Source of the DNA: Piromyces finnis finn
Lineage: Eukaryota > Fungi > Neocallimastigomycota
Direction of reading: 5' to 3'
NCBI GenBank assembly: GCA_002104945.1
Contig: MCFH01000047.1
Coordinates: forward strand, 310,001 to 374,000
DNA: 64,000 bases
Shown: positions 1-16,082 of the stretch, in pieces
Numbering within the stretch: the stretch's first letter is position 1
How the letters are laid out: every line of letters begins with the position of its first letter
Program-made: the position numbers and the translations under genes
Notes under the pieces: model-generated
Database searches by the model: none
What the model was told of the DNA's origin: nothing
Seen by the model: the letters and a program-made list of their open reading frames with translations, nothing else

Positions 1-630
1 ATAAAGTTAAAATTATACCTCCATTTTTAAGTACTTTAATACTTAAATATAATAATATTTAATCATCGATCTTTATTATATAATCGATATTAAATAAATC
101 GTTCATTTCTTTATTTTCATATCTATATGAAAACTTTTTTTAAATCATTTCTATGAATAATCTACATAATTTGGTATATTTTATGTATATCACAATTTTA
201 TTCACGTGTAATTTCATTTTCCTAGTTATTTTAATTAAATTAAATTAAAAAAGAAAAACATTAAATATTAATTATATTTAATCTACTCGAAATTAATAAT
301 ATTTCTTTTTTATTAAAGTAAATTATATATACATATAAATTAAGTAATTGAAAGAAACAGGCAAAACCTTCTTCAACTATTTGTTTTATATTTATATAAA
401 ATAAAATATATATATATATATTCCAAACATTCCTAGTAAAAAGAAAAAATGATTAAAGTATTTTTTTAAATTCAATTAATATAAATAAATAATAAATTTA
501 TAAATAAAAAAAAATATTTAATAAAATAAAAAAAATTCACAATTCCAATTAACAATAGCAATAATAATAAAATATCTAATAAGAAAAAGAAAAAACTAAA
601 TAAAAGAATACCATTAAAATAAAATAAAAA

Positions 631-1755
631 ATGATTTTAACACTAATAAAATATATTGGAGTACTACTAGCAATAATTTTTATATTGTTAAGTTTAGGTA
701 TGTTTTCAATTTTAATATAAATTTATTATACGCAATTAAATTAATATATATTAACAAAATAAAAAAAAAAAAAGCTTGTACTCTTTATTATCTTGCAGAA
801 CTTGTTGAAGAAAACACTGTAATGACTAGAAAAGTCATTAAGTATTCAATTTGGGTATGTATTTTTTTAAAAAAAAAAATAAATGTTATTCCATCATAAT
901 ATATCACTAATTACATATAAATTTTATTAAAAAAAAATATTCTTTATATATATCATTATTATTGTTGTTATTATTATTGTTGTTATTCTTTTAAATACCA
1001 GACTGTATTAGTTTTATATGTTTTATTATGGATTGTCGATGGAATGCCATTCCTTAGAATACTATTTTCAATTATATGTCATTTAGTATACAGTATTTTG
1101 TTAAATGATTTCCCAGACATTCAACTTTCAAGTCCAACATTTATATCTTCTTGTGGTAAATATTTATCCTTTTTTAAAAAAAAAAATATTTAAATATCTA
1201 TATATAGTTAGTTGGTTTCAAATTATAATATAATTTATGTATAACCGTTATATTTTTAATTTTATATTATATATATATATATAAATTTAAAGTACTTGTA
1301 TTAGTCGATCATTTTGTTTGGTTTAATTACTTTACCAAATTCTATTATCCATTTGATAGAATTGTTTGCTTCTTTGTTATTTGTGTTTGGGCCGTTCCAT
1401 TTGAATTCTTTATCTCTTTAAGTGCCAATGATAATACTTTACCATACGGTATTTTTTTTTTTTCTTATATATATATTTTTATATTTTTATATATTTTATA
1501 AACTAAAAGAAATTTTTAGTGGATAGTATTTTACTTTTTTGTTTATTATAAAAAAAAAATAAGCTATACAAAGTATTCTTATATTAAATTACTAACGGTT
1601 CACTCTATATTTTACTATAAATATAATAATATTGTTTTTAATATTTCTCATAATTAGATAACTATAATGGTAAGAAAAAGAAAAAGAATAATTTCGTAAA
1701 GAAAATAATAAACACCATTTTAATGAAAGAAGAAGAGAATAGTGAAAGACCATAA
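631..1755 (+). CDS. SVP26: SVP26/TEX261-family ER-Golgi transmembrane adaptor, 5 exons (631-697, 775-854, 1002-1155, 1293-1448, 1658-1755), 184 aa; not in the ORF track
   Basis: Manual GT-AG splicing gives MILTLIKYIGVLLAIIFILLSLACTLYYLAELVEENTVMTRKVIKYSIW...DGMPFLRILFSIICHLVYSILLNDFPDIQLSSPTFISSCVLVLVDHFVWFNYF...FFVICVWAVPFEFFISLSANDNTLP. This matches the recalled Svp26 motifs LYYxAELVEE, FPxIxLxSPxF, NHxxWFxYF and CVWxxPFxxFxSLSA. Exons sum to 555 nt. The last exon is the least certain. Confidence 0.88.
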
Positions 1756-1893
1756 AAAAAAAATATTTAATAATATTTGAATTGTTATTAAAACCTATTT
1801 CAAGTATTTTATTCAATATATATTTTATACAATAATAAAGATAACAATAAAATTCTTTCAATCCTACCTTTTTTTTTTTTTTTTACCATAAAA

Positions 1894-1924
<31 letters not shown>

Positions 1925-2964
1925 TTGTTCATTTTATTATTTAAAATAAGAATAAGAATAGTTGAAAATAATACCTAAGATAAATATAATCAAAAAAAAA
2001 AACTATAGATTTTTTTTTTTTTACTTTCTCTCTTTTTTTTTTTTTTTTGTTTTTCTCTTTCTTTATATTCATTACATTTATAGAAAGATAAGTTTAAGAA
2101 ACATATCAAAATAAAGAAATTGAAATTTAATAAATAAATAAATAAATAAAAGCAAATAAAAATAAATATATATATATATATATATTTAGGATTAACTTAA
2201 TATACCTTTTTTTTTTAAAAAAAAAAAAAAAAAGTTTAAAACATCAAATTTGAAAACTGGTTTTTGTAAAGATTGTCTTATTCAAATGATTTGGAATGGA
2301 ATGTCGTATTATCAATGATTATATAATTATATAATTATATAAATATTATGAAAACTGAATTGTCCTTAGTCAAATATCCTCGCTTAAATGCTAAAGAGAT
2401 TTCTTGAATTAAAATGATACACAACAACACACGCAAAAACACACACCTTTTTTTTTTTTAATTAAGCAATTTTTTTTAAATTTATTTCTATAATAAAATA
2501 GTTTCTAAATTTATAAATAATCTCTATATTTCATTATATTATTTTTACATTGGAAAAAAAAAAATAATAAAAGAAATAATTTGATTCTTTACATATAAAA
2601 AAAAAAAATAAATAACAGATTTTTTTTTTTTTTTAATTATTAAAAATATATAATATAATATTTATCTAAATACATTGTTTGATATAAGATTGATATATAA
2701 AAAAAAAATTAAAATGGGAATGTATTGATGATAATAGAATATAAATTTTTTTTTTATCCTTTAAAATTATATAAAAAAATAAAAAAAACTAAAATACTAT
2801 TTCTTTCCTTTTCACATCTTCTTTTTTGGAAAATTAAAAAAGAGTAAAATTTTAAAAAATAATATTTGATTATTAATGAACTTTAAAAAAAGTATTTTTC
2901 TTAATATATTATTTTTGATGATGTTATTGGATTAAGTTTTGGAAAATAATAAAGGTTAATTCGT

Positions 2965-5900
2965 TTAGGCATTAATTGGTAAAAGAACATCGAATGAACC
3001 AGTACCATTTTGTACTGGTTGACCCATAACAATTCTTGATGATGGACTATCTAAGTAATCAACTTCACCGTTTCTATTAAATTAAATAAAATTAAAAAAT
3101 TGATTAGTAAATTTATAAAAAAATAGATATGGTTTTTTTTAAAAAAAATTTTTTTTTTTTTTTTTTTGATTCTATCAATTCTAACTCTAATTATTATCAT
3201 ATAAGAATAAATAAAAAAATAAAAAATATATATATATATTTACAATGTAGCTGAAGTAAGGAAACTCATAGTAGTTTCATAACTCATAGATACAAATGGA
3301 CTTGGGTTAGAAGCAATACCCATTCTATTGAATGGCTTGTAAGCACCTTCAAAGGTCATGTAATCAGCAATTAAGGTCAAGTGACGCTTATCGACACTAA
3401 TACCATAAACACCGAATACACTACCGATTTCCTTAATAATAGCACCACGAGCAGCTTCAACACCATAGGTACGAAGAATAGCAGCAATATCATTAGAGTA
3501 GATCTTGTTAAGATCAATTTGGTCAGAGAACCACCATAAGCCCTTTAAGTTAACACCTTCAGTAGCTAAGTTCTTAGACTTATCATTTTCACTTTCATTT
3601 TGAATTGGGTAACACTTGGAAATACCCTTGATTTCACGAATAACAGTCTTGTGACAAATATCTTCAGCAATACCAAGCATTAAAATCTTCTTAGTAGTAG
3701 ATGGGAACTTAAAGTCAATTTCACAAACATTATCCTTCTTGTTAAAGTGATAACGTGAAGCCCACTTACTACCAGAAATAATCTTAGCAATGTTTTGCTT
3801 AGAGTTAACCTTTTCTTCTTCACCGTCAACATCCATTTCATCATTGTCTTCACCATCAACATCCATAGTGTCATCCATTTCCTTTTCTAATTTTTCTAAT
3901 ATCTTTCTATCTTCTTCATCTGGACCTTCGTAGGAGGCTTGTTGCTTTTGCTTCTTAGCTAAGTTGGTATTAGTAGCATCTTCATCTTCATCATTCTTAG
4001 ACTTTTGGTTCTTATTGATCTTTTCAATTTCACCATTTTCAAATGAACCAAGTTCAACACCAATAATAGCATCAGCTTCTTCTCTTTCTTCAGCAATACC
4101 CTTAGAAGAAGTCTTTAAGACCTTTTGAATAGCCTTTTCCATACCCTTGATGAATCTTAATAATATACACTTTTCAATATCCTTGGTGGTAACTTCATAT
4201 TCTTCACTACTATCCTTGTTATTCCATAAAGATAACTTAACAGTGTAGATCTTGTATCTGTGACCAAAGTTATCCTTACTCTTTAAGGTTTCAATAACTT
4301 CCAAGTGATTAATAACATTGGCTAATACTAACTTTGAAAGTTGACAGCAAATACGCTTAGACATACTGTCAGAAACTTCATCCTTTAATGGAAGAGTCAT
4401 CATTGGAGTTTGAATATGATCAGAAGCAGTCATAATAATTTCACGAAGACGTGGAATACCGAGAGTAACGTTCTTAGCACCAAAACCAGCAAAGTGGAAA
4501 GTGTTTAAGGTCATTTGAGTACTTGGTTCACCAATACTTTCAGCAGCTAATAAACCAACAGATTCTCCTGGTTCAATAACAGCAGACATGTACTTTAAGT
4601 TCATTAAAGCCTTGAACTTCTTACCAGTAATACCAGTCTTTCCATTCTTACTATCCTTTTCAACCAAGATATTATCTGGGTTCTTTTCAATATATTCGTT
4701 AAGGTTCTTAAAGAAGGCATCACTAGTACTACCAATATATCTGGATGGTGAGTATAAACTTAAAGCGGTATCATATTTAGATGGCTTCTTAACAGACTTC
4801 TTAATGTACTTTTCAGCTTCATTAGCAATGATGTGTGGAGAGGAAACAACCATTGGAAGCTTTAACTTGTTAACAGCAGCGTAGTAATTCTTAGCCCAGA
4901 ATCCAAATTGGTTCAAAGTCTTTTGCTTTTGAACATCTAAGGAATCTTCACCGTATAAGAATTGTACAATACTACCATCACTGTCACGAACAGTGTTATC
5001 GTATTGAACTCTTAAACCTTCCAAGTGCTTAACTAAACATCTTTGTAAGTAACCAGATCTAGAGGTCTTTACAGCAGTATCAATTAAACCTTCACGACCG
5101 GCCATACAGTGGAAGAAGTATTCTTGTGGCTTAATACCAGTTAAGAAACGTCCAGCAATGTAACCACCAGCTCTAGCAGAAGTATCGTATGGTTGGAAAG
5201 ATGGAAGAGTCTTACCTGAAACCATAACTGGAACTCTTCTACCTTCTAATTCTTGTTGACCAAGTAAACATGAAATTTGACTGACATTAACGTTACTACC
5301 CTTGGCACCAGAAACAGTCATCTTTTGCATATTATTTTCTGGGAAAACTCTGTAAAGATGATTTGGAATACAAGATGAAATAATTTCAGAGGTAATACCG
5401 TTGAACTTACCCTTCATAACACCATCAAGATTAGCAAGTCTTTCATCAGAACGAATAATATGTTCTAAACGCTTCTTTAATTCAGTATCATATTCCTTCT
5501 TGCTGAAAACGGATTTACCATCTTCATCAATAACACTAGTGTGTTGTAAAGCTGTCTTCTTACCAGCAGTAAAACTCTTTTTAATAATTTCCTTTCTAAT
5601 CTTATCACCTTCTGGAGTTAATAATAAATCATCCATTCTACAAGAGAAACCAGTGTGTTGAAGATAGTTGGTTAATAAACGGGATAAAATAGATAATAAT
5701 TTACCAGCGTATGGAGCACCATAAACTTCATAAACAGCGTGAACTAAACCATTAGCAGAAGCACCCAATTGGGACTTATCCATAATACCTTGAGTTAAAT
5801 AACCATCACTAATGATAACCTTTTGTTCTTCTTCAGCAACCTTACCCCAGTATCTACCTGGAATCTTAGCCTTAGATTCTAAGTTTAATGGCTTGTTATG

Positions 5901-8286
5901 ACCAGTTAAGTTTAATAAAATAGTTGAAATGATTTGTTTACCAGTCCACATTGGATATGGCTTAAGAATAGCTGGAGTGAGAGTAACAACTCTACCATTG
6001 AAACCAATTGGAACATCATCTTCAATACTACCATTACCTTCAGAGTTAGTAGCACCAATACCACCTTCACATCTTAAGGCAGCGTAAACTAATTGCATGT
6101 ATTCACCCTTATCAAAGAAGGAATCCTTGTTAGTCATACCGACACCAGCACAAACATGATCTTGAATTAAACCACGTAAAACACCACCATCAGTTGGGAC
6201 AAGATATTGTTGATCAGTTCTAGCAATAAGCATAGCTTCAGCTCTAGCAGTATCACTTTGAAGGAAGTGAAGGTTCATTTCATCACCATCGAAATCAGCA
6301 TTATAAGTGTTACAGTTAGCGTAGTGCATACGTAAGGTTTTTTCCTTTGGAAGAATACGAGCAGTGTGAGCCATAATAGATGGCTTGTGAAGAGTTGGTT
6401 GACGGTTCATAAGAACGTAATCACCATTTCTGATGTGACGGTAAACCTTCTTGTTGGTATGAGCTTGAATTTGCATATCATTAGATTCAATAGATGGGGT
6501 TAATAATTGGTTGGCAACAGCCATTCTAGCAGTCATATCAAGAGACTTTAAATTTAATAATGTACCATTAGAATCTTGAACATGAGTGGCACCTGGCCAG
6601 ACATCTGGACCATTAATAACACATTGACGTAATTCATTAACATTGTATTGAGTAACAGCTTCTGGGTAAGTTAATTTAACAGCAAAAGCTGGTGGAATAC
6701 CAATTTCATTGGTTTCAATGTTAACATCTGGTGAAATGACAGAACGGGCGGCATAATTAACTCTCTTACCCATCATGTGTTTACGGAATAAACCTTCCTT
6801 CTTTTCTAAAACTTGTCTAATACCTGGGGTAAGTGGTTTACCATCCTTAGTATATTGGTTTGGATTAGTAGTGTTATCAAGCATAGTATTAACAGAAATT
6901 TGTAAATTGATCCAACTATTGATAATACGATTATCTTGAGTAATTTCTTCAGCATCGGATTTTTCTAATGATTTTGATTGATGGTGAACATCAATAATGT
7001 AATTAATTTGTTTTAAGATATTTTCTAAGTGAGTATTTTGAGCATGTTGATGAGCAATACCGTTGACCTTAGAAGCTGGTCTGAAACGAGATGGAGAAAC
7101 TGGAATAACATCAAGGAAGAAACTCTTGTAAGAGGATTCACGAACACCATTACCAGTATTCTTACCATAAATTAAATCAAGAATTTCCTTTTCATTCTTC
7201 CATAATAATTCCATGTGTCTTAAGGTATCTAAAGGAGTAATGAATTTACCTTCAGATTTAGTATTGTCATCATCAGAATCATAGTATTCATCAGTTTCAG
7301 TTTTGAATAATGGTTCAAATGAAATACCCTTGGCATTCATGATAGCCTTACTCTTACTTGGTAAATCCTTTTGGAAAATCTTATGACTTCCTTCCTTTCT
7401 TAATTTTGGAGAAATACCCTTACAGTTATGACATGAAAGGGCTGGTATATCCTTTAAAAATTCTTTTTCTAATTTATGTAATTCTAAATTTAAAATTGTG
7501 GTCTTAACATATTGATGTGGATTTTCAGCAATCTTTTCATCAGTATATTTTTTAATTTCTTCAATAATTTCATCTTCAGATAATTGTGGAACCTTTTTAG
7601 CATTATCTTCTTCTAATCTTACTGGATTAATTCTTTGAATGAAATCTTCAACTTCTTTAGCTTCAACTAATAAACCAGCATAGACAAGTCTGAATTTAGC
7701 AATGTAAGTTTGCATCTTTTTTTTTTAATTTTTTTTTTGAAAATTTTCATTAGAATATTTAAAAGGGTAAATATGGTAATAAATTAATAAACTAATCAAA
7801 TACCACAAAAAGACATTATCAAAACTATTAAAATTATTTTAATTAAATACCTTAACTCTTCCAGTTCTGAAATGGTGACAACAGAAACATAAAGATTGCA
7901 TGAGCTTATATAAGGTTTTGAATACAATAGTATTATATAATGGAACTGGTAATTCAATATGACCAAAGTGACCTGGACATTCGAAGTAACCTAAACCACA
8001 AGTATGACAACTTTATACAAAAAAAAAGGATAACAATTAATATACTATTTTTTAATTCTAAACACCAACACTAATTCTAATAATTGATTTAAAAGATATA
8101 CCTATCATCACGTTCATATGGACCTAAAGCTAAATCGTAAAGACCACCAGTAGTTGGATGACCTAAGTTATCCAAAGTAGCTGGATTAGTAATTTGTTTT
8201 ACTGAAAGTTTTCTAATTTCATCTGAGGTATAGAATGAAAATGAAACAGAAGAAACTTTTTTCAATACTGGATTTTCGATATTCAT
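2965..8286 (-). CDS. RPA190: DNA-directed RNA polymerase I largest subunit (A190), 4 exons (8286-8102, 8010-7851, 7715-3244, 3073-2965), 1641 aa
   Basis: Catalytic NADFDGDEMN motif, N-terminal zinc site CHTC..CPGHFGH, GLFRKHMMGKRVNYAARSVISPD, and C-terminal DSPSSRIVMG..GTGSFD. Pol I-specific features: LRKEG, the acidic expander loop (DEDEDAT...ASYEGPDEED) and KPFNRMGI. Exons sum to 4926 nt. Confidence 0.97.
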
Positions 8287-10523
8287 TTTTGATTTTTAAT
8301 TTTAACCTTTAATTTTTCATGTGTTTTCTAATTATTTTTTTAATCAAATAATTTTATAAAATAAAAAAAATAGAAAAAATATTAATATATTGAAATAAAA
8401 ATGAATTGGCGAATAATCAGATTGTTTTTATAAAATTAAAAAAAAATGTTTGATTCTTTATATAAATTATTTCACTTTTTTTTTTTTTTAATTTTAATTT
8501 TATTCTTTTCTATTTTCATCCTTTAAATTTTTAAAATTAAATAATTCTTAATTTTATTTTATAAAATTTTCATATATCATATCAATTTTTTAATCTTCAT
8601 TTTTAATTTCTAAAAATACTTTTATAAATATTAATTTTAAAAAAAATATTTTTTTTTCTCAAAATAGATTTAGTATATAAAACTTTTTTTTTCTTGAATA
8701 GAATTTTAAAATTAAATTTTTTTTTTTTTAATTACGGATTCCAAAATTCCAATTTCCAATTATTTTATTTAGTGTTGTTTAATAAAGTACTGAAGATTGA
8801 TATTAAAAATAATTTTATGAAGTATTGTATTAACCTTTGTCTATGTGTAGTGGGTTTTCTTCTAATATAGATTTTATAAATCCAAAATAGTTAATTTATC
8901 AAAATTATTTTAATAGTATTAATAATTTAAATTAAATAAATATAAAAAGAAAAATAAATTAAATAAATATAAAAAGAGAATAGTGGGAATATTAAAGAAA
9001 TACTTTTTTAAAAATAATGTTTTATTATAATGTTTTAATTGAAATTCAAATTTTGCATTCCTCTTTGTTCCCTTTTTTTTTTAAAAAAAAAAAATGTTTT
9101 TAAAAAAAAAAAGTTTTAAAAATAAAAAATTTATTATTATTACAATTTTATTAATTATTTTTAAAAATTTAAAAAAAAAAAAAAAAAAATATGTAATATA
9201 TTGTACAATATATTTCAATATATTTATCCTTATATTGTATTCAACTAGTATTCTAATATAAACTAAAAAAAAATCATATATTAGATATATAATAAAAAAT
9301 AATATTTTATCCAATCATTTCATTTCGATTTTTTTTTTCAATCAATAATTATAATAAAAAAATAATAATAATAGAAATAGGAAAATGATTAATGATACAT
9401 ATATGAAATACATTATAATACATTATAATAAATGTATACATTATTTAAATTTTATGAATTAAAATTTGAAAAGATATTAATATTATCACATAAATGAGGA
9501 TAGAATAAAAGGTTAACTTTTTATAATAAAATCACCTATATATATATATAAATATTTAATATAAATTGAAATTATAACTTTTAATACTATAAAAATAATT
9601 AGTATTTTCAAACCTTTATTTTATTACTTTTATTTTAAAAAGATATTGTTGTTTGTTTTAGTTATTCAATTTTTTTCTCTATGTGACAATAGGAGTTTTA
9701 ATTAAAAAAAACCATATATTAATTTATTAAAAAATGTCAAATCGTCAAAGGCAAAAAAAAAAAAAAACTACAATGAAGATGTATTAATAGAAAGATTAGT
9801 TGTATAATTTTAATTCAAGATAAAATTTGTAAAAAGAATAGATGAAAATACTTGAACGTTTGACTAAACCTATTTCATTACCTAAAATTGCAATTTCACA
9901 TATATTATATTTCATTATAAAAATTAAAATTGTTTAATTAAAATTGAAGGATTGACATGATTAATATGGACATTATAATATTCTACTTTTAAATAAGGCA
10001 TTGCTAATATTTACTTTATAGGATCAAATCCTTTTTAGTAAATAAAATAAACCTAAGTTGAAAGTACTTTTTTCATATATATTTATCATTCTTTGGATTC
10101 TTTAAATGATATACTTTTATTGTAGGTAAACTTTTTAATTTTTTTTTTTTTTTTTTTTTAATATTTATTTATTTAAACATAGTGTAATGTTACTTATTTT
10201 TATAGTTATTTTTATTTTTTAACTATTTAGAAATGAATAAAATTCATTTTTATTTTTTTTTTTTTATTTTTATTTTTATTTTTAATTTCTTTAGTACTAT
10301 TAACATTTTTAATATATAATATATTTAATTATTATATTAGCTTTTTTTTTTATTATTATTTTATTTTATTGATTTTTTTTTTCTTTGTTAATATATTATT
10401 TATGATGTTTTAAATGTCGTTGTAAAATTTCACAAACTTTAAAACTTATATATATTTTGCTTTTTTTAATATAAAAAAAAAATTGAATAAACAAAAGTTA
10501 TTGAATATATAAATTTTAATAAT

Positions 10524-12353
<1,830 letters not shown>

Positions 12354-13803
12354 TTCTTTTTTTTTTTTTTTTTTTTAAGAAAAAAAATAAATAAAAATAA
12401 ATATTATTAATATATATTATCAATTAATAATAAAATGGTTCGTTCATTTAAAATAATAATTTTGTTATTTTCTATTTTTTTTACTAAATAAATATATTAT
12501 GTTGTATTATGTAATGCTTATGCGTTATAATATAGATATAATTGTCATAACATATTAATAATATTTAAATACTTTTTTAAAAAAATAATTACTATTTGTT
12601 TACTTAATTATTTTTTCTAAAATATTTCATCTATATATATATATATTTTTAAAATCCATGAAATTTTATTTATTTGCTTAATTGTCTTTCTTTATATGTT
12701 AAACATTTTTAATTTAAAATTCCTAAAACGCTTTAAAATTATTGATTTGCTTTATTTTTTTTTATCATATTGAAATAAAAAAAAAAAAAAGACTTGTATA
12801 AATGGATAATAAATTATTTAAATTTTTATTCTGTTGTGAATTTTATATATACTAAAAGTATAATATTTATCCCTTTTTTTCACATATATGCCCATATTTA
12901 CTTTTTGTTTTATTTATCACTATTATTTTCTTTATTGTTTAAAAAAAAAAAAAACACATTTGTTTCTATTTATTGAAATTGAAATAAAAATATTGTATTA
13001 TAAATATATTATTAGCATAATTTGTATATACGTTAATATTATTTAAATAAAACATTAATATAAATATATTATTTTTTTTTATTTATATATTTGTCTTTAT
13101 TTTTTCATGAATTTTAATAAAATGAGGAATCCATTTAATAGTGAATATAGTATTTATTAGTTAAATAATATTGAATTTAAAAAGTTTTATTTATATGATT
13201 ATTAAACTAATATATATATTTTTTGTTTGTTTATTAGTTACTTTTCTTTTTATTAAAAAAAATTGTTTTAAATATATAAAATAAAATAGGCTTTTTTAAG
13301 AAAAAAGAAAGAAAAGGGAAGATAAAGGTGAATAATTTAATAAAAGAGATGCTTACTTGTAATTATAGAATTTTATTTAAATCTACAATATTTTGTTAAA
13401 AAAAAAAAAAAAAATATTCTATCGGAAAAAAATGATATATATAAAATATTTAATAATAAATTTTTATTCAATAATTTAATTTAATAATAATAATAATTAA
13501 TTAATTAAAAAAATTCTAATCTATTTTTTTTTTAATATTATAAATAATGATAAATAATCACTTTTATATTTATTATTTATTACTCAAAAAAACTTTATAT
13601 TTCTATATTTATGCATTTTATAATAAATTTAAAAATGCTTATATATTTTTAAATAGTTCTTTTATATTTTTAAAAGTAATATCTATTTAAAAAAAAGGAA
13701 TGGGAATAAAATATATATGATTAGATAAATATAAATAGTAAAGGATTAGAAAGTATTTTAAAGTATAATTAGAAAGAAACGGTTAATAAAAACAAATTTT
13801 TAA

Positions 13804-13839
<36 letters not shown>

Positions 13840-14866
13840 AGAGAGAAATAAAATTTTAAAAGGGTCAATTTAGTTATACAAAAATACACCTTGATACCTT
13901 TTTTATATATAAAATTAAAATTTATTTTTTATTATATTTATTAGTATGTATTAATGATGAAAAAATCATTTAATACAATATTTATAAATTTATATACCAT
14001 ATTATTATTAATATTTCAATCTTTTTCTTTATCCATTCTTTAATGCTATAATACCTTTTCATAATTATATTTACATTTCTTTTTTTTTTTTTTACTTAAC
14101 AATATATTTTATCAATTAAAGAAAAAATTTAAAGTTTCCATAGATAATAATTAAATTTTTATTTTTTAATTTACTTTTATATACATAATTAAACTACTAT
14201 ATTACATTTTATTTATATATTTAATACATTAAAGATATTCATAGGATCAATCATAATGATAATGATAATTATTATTATTATTATTATTATTGTTATGGAA
14301 TGGAATGATATTATTATTATTTTAATGGACATCGAAACCTTTCAAAATATTTAAAAAATAAAATTCATTTTTATATATTTTAGTTTATGGAAATGGTTAA
14401 AAAAAATATTGAAAAGTTGTGGTAGTTATTGTATTGAATATGGTTAGAACAATAAGGAAGACATGAGGATAAAGATTAAGATGGAACATGTATTAGATGA
14501 TTAAGAGGTTGTTCTGACTTTTTATCATTTTATTCTCTTTATCCTATTTATGTCACTATTTTGTTGTTGTTGTTGTTGTTACAATTATTAATTTTTTTAT
14601 TATTATGTTTCCTCATTATTTTTATTTTTAATCTTAATCTTTTAATTTCATTTAATCTATTTTTTCGATCTCTGAATTTTTTTTTTTTTTTTTTTTATTT
14701 TACTATTTTTTTCATTCTTATTATTATCTTGTTTTTTTTATTACAACTATCACTATTATTATTATTTTTATTATTAGATATTTGTTTATTATTATTATTT
14801 TTTTATAATTTTTATTACTAAACGTTTGGCGTTAATTCCAACTTTTTAGATATTTAAATATCTTCT

Positions 14867-16082
14867 TCAACAATTATTCAATTTTATTTCTAACTTCAAA
14901 TTCCATATTATTATCGTATGTTTTTTCTTGCTACAGAAGCAATTACAGCCAAACCATGCTGATAGCCAACAATAAAAAGAAACTAATATCATAACTAAAA
15001 GTAGAATAACTGTAATAATAAAAGTAGATTTAACCCCGAATATGAAACAATTTACAAATGTAAATGAAGGTCTTCCTTTACTTTCATTATCGGAATTAGG
15101 TGCATTAACATTCCAATTAGCTTCTTTGATTTCATCACTAGTACAAAGTCTGCTTAATCTATAGAAAGGAGAACAATTTGAATCTCTATAGTAACATACT
15201 TCAGTATTATCATCTTTACATTTCTTTAAATTTGATAAACCCTCAAAATAATTTTCACTTATATCTCTATACCATATAATATTATTATCATCATGCATAT
15301 AAAGTTTTCATAATAAAATATTATATAAGGTATATATATTCTTTTTATTTTAAAAAAAAAGAAAAAAAATATATTCAATAAAAATAAAAAATAAAAATAC
15401 ATACAAATATTTTAATATTAAATCTCCAATTTCATTTGGAATTGCCTTTTAAGGAAAGATCGTGTAAATCTCTACAATAAAAAAAAATATTTTATAGCAT
15501 TTTCAAATTATAAAAATAAAAAAAAAATATTTTATAGCATTTTCAAATTATAAAAATAAAAAAAAAATTCTATAATAATAAAAATTGTATTTATAAATAT
15601 AATTTTTAAATATAAATATTTAAATTAAGAATATAAGAATAAGAATATTATATATCTTTTTTTTATTTATTTATAGTCTTTCTAAGCCTCTGATATTTCC
15701 AATACTATTTGATAATTCTTTTAACATAAAATCAGATTTACGATTTGATAAATTTCTGTTTTTTATATAAATCTATTCTTTTATTATTTTAATTATTACT
15801 TTTTTTATTATTATTTCATTTTATTTTATTTTTTAATAATAATAATAATAAATTAAAGAAAAAAAATAGGTAATATTTACAATCCAGTGATAAATCTTTA
15901 AGAGTTATATGTTACACCTTCAACAATCTTGTAAAGTTAAAACTTTTAGTGGCATCCATAGCTTTAATAGATTTTTCGAACACTTGGCAATCATCAGCTA
16001 ATACCTTTGGAATATTGATTCCTAAAATTAAAAGTATTGCTATCATTAAGCAGATACAATTGTTTTTTATATTTATTGTCAT
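14867..16082 (-). pseudogene. Probable decayed secreted single-pass LRR (L-domain-like) receptor gene: exon 1 16082-15881, exon 2 15266-14867
   Basis: Exon 1 has a signal peptide (MTINIKNNCICLMIAILLILGINIPKVLA-DDC), followed by DCC and EGVTYNS*RFITGL pieces in shifted frames, and ends TT|GTAAAT. The phase-matched acceptor TAG|A GAT ATA AGT gives L-DISENYFEG (one LRR-like unit), then a Cys-rich juxtamembrane segment and a TM helix. Family assignment is by motif resemblance only. Confidence 0.5.
15481..15567. repeat. Exact 40-bp tandem duplication (2 copies plus partial)
   Basis: aaaaaaatattttatagcattttcaaattataaaaataaa is repeated at 15481 and 15521. Confidence 0.85.

Noticed and set aside
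2997-3020. 9-bp perfect hairpin AACCAGTAC/GTACTGGTT
   Set aside because: It lies in the conserved last exon of RPA190 (QPVQNGTG) and is explainable by codon choice.
3680-5661. ORFs 3680-3874, 4588-4884 and 5401-5661 (similarly 19822-20289, 24962-25147, 26654-26944, 39650-39970, 42177-42404, 43150-43332, 52976-53260, 62732-63959)
   Set aside because: They are off-frame or antisense shadows of real genes.
8563-8572. RRPE-like TGAAAATTTT upstream of RPA190
   Set aside because: An almost all-A/T motif expected by chance in this genome, with no accompanying PAC motif seen.
9734-10010. Coding-like stretch MSNRQRQKKKKNYNEDVLIERLVV* and following fragments
   Set aside because: Multiple stops, no consistent splice model and no recognisable family.
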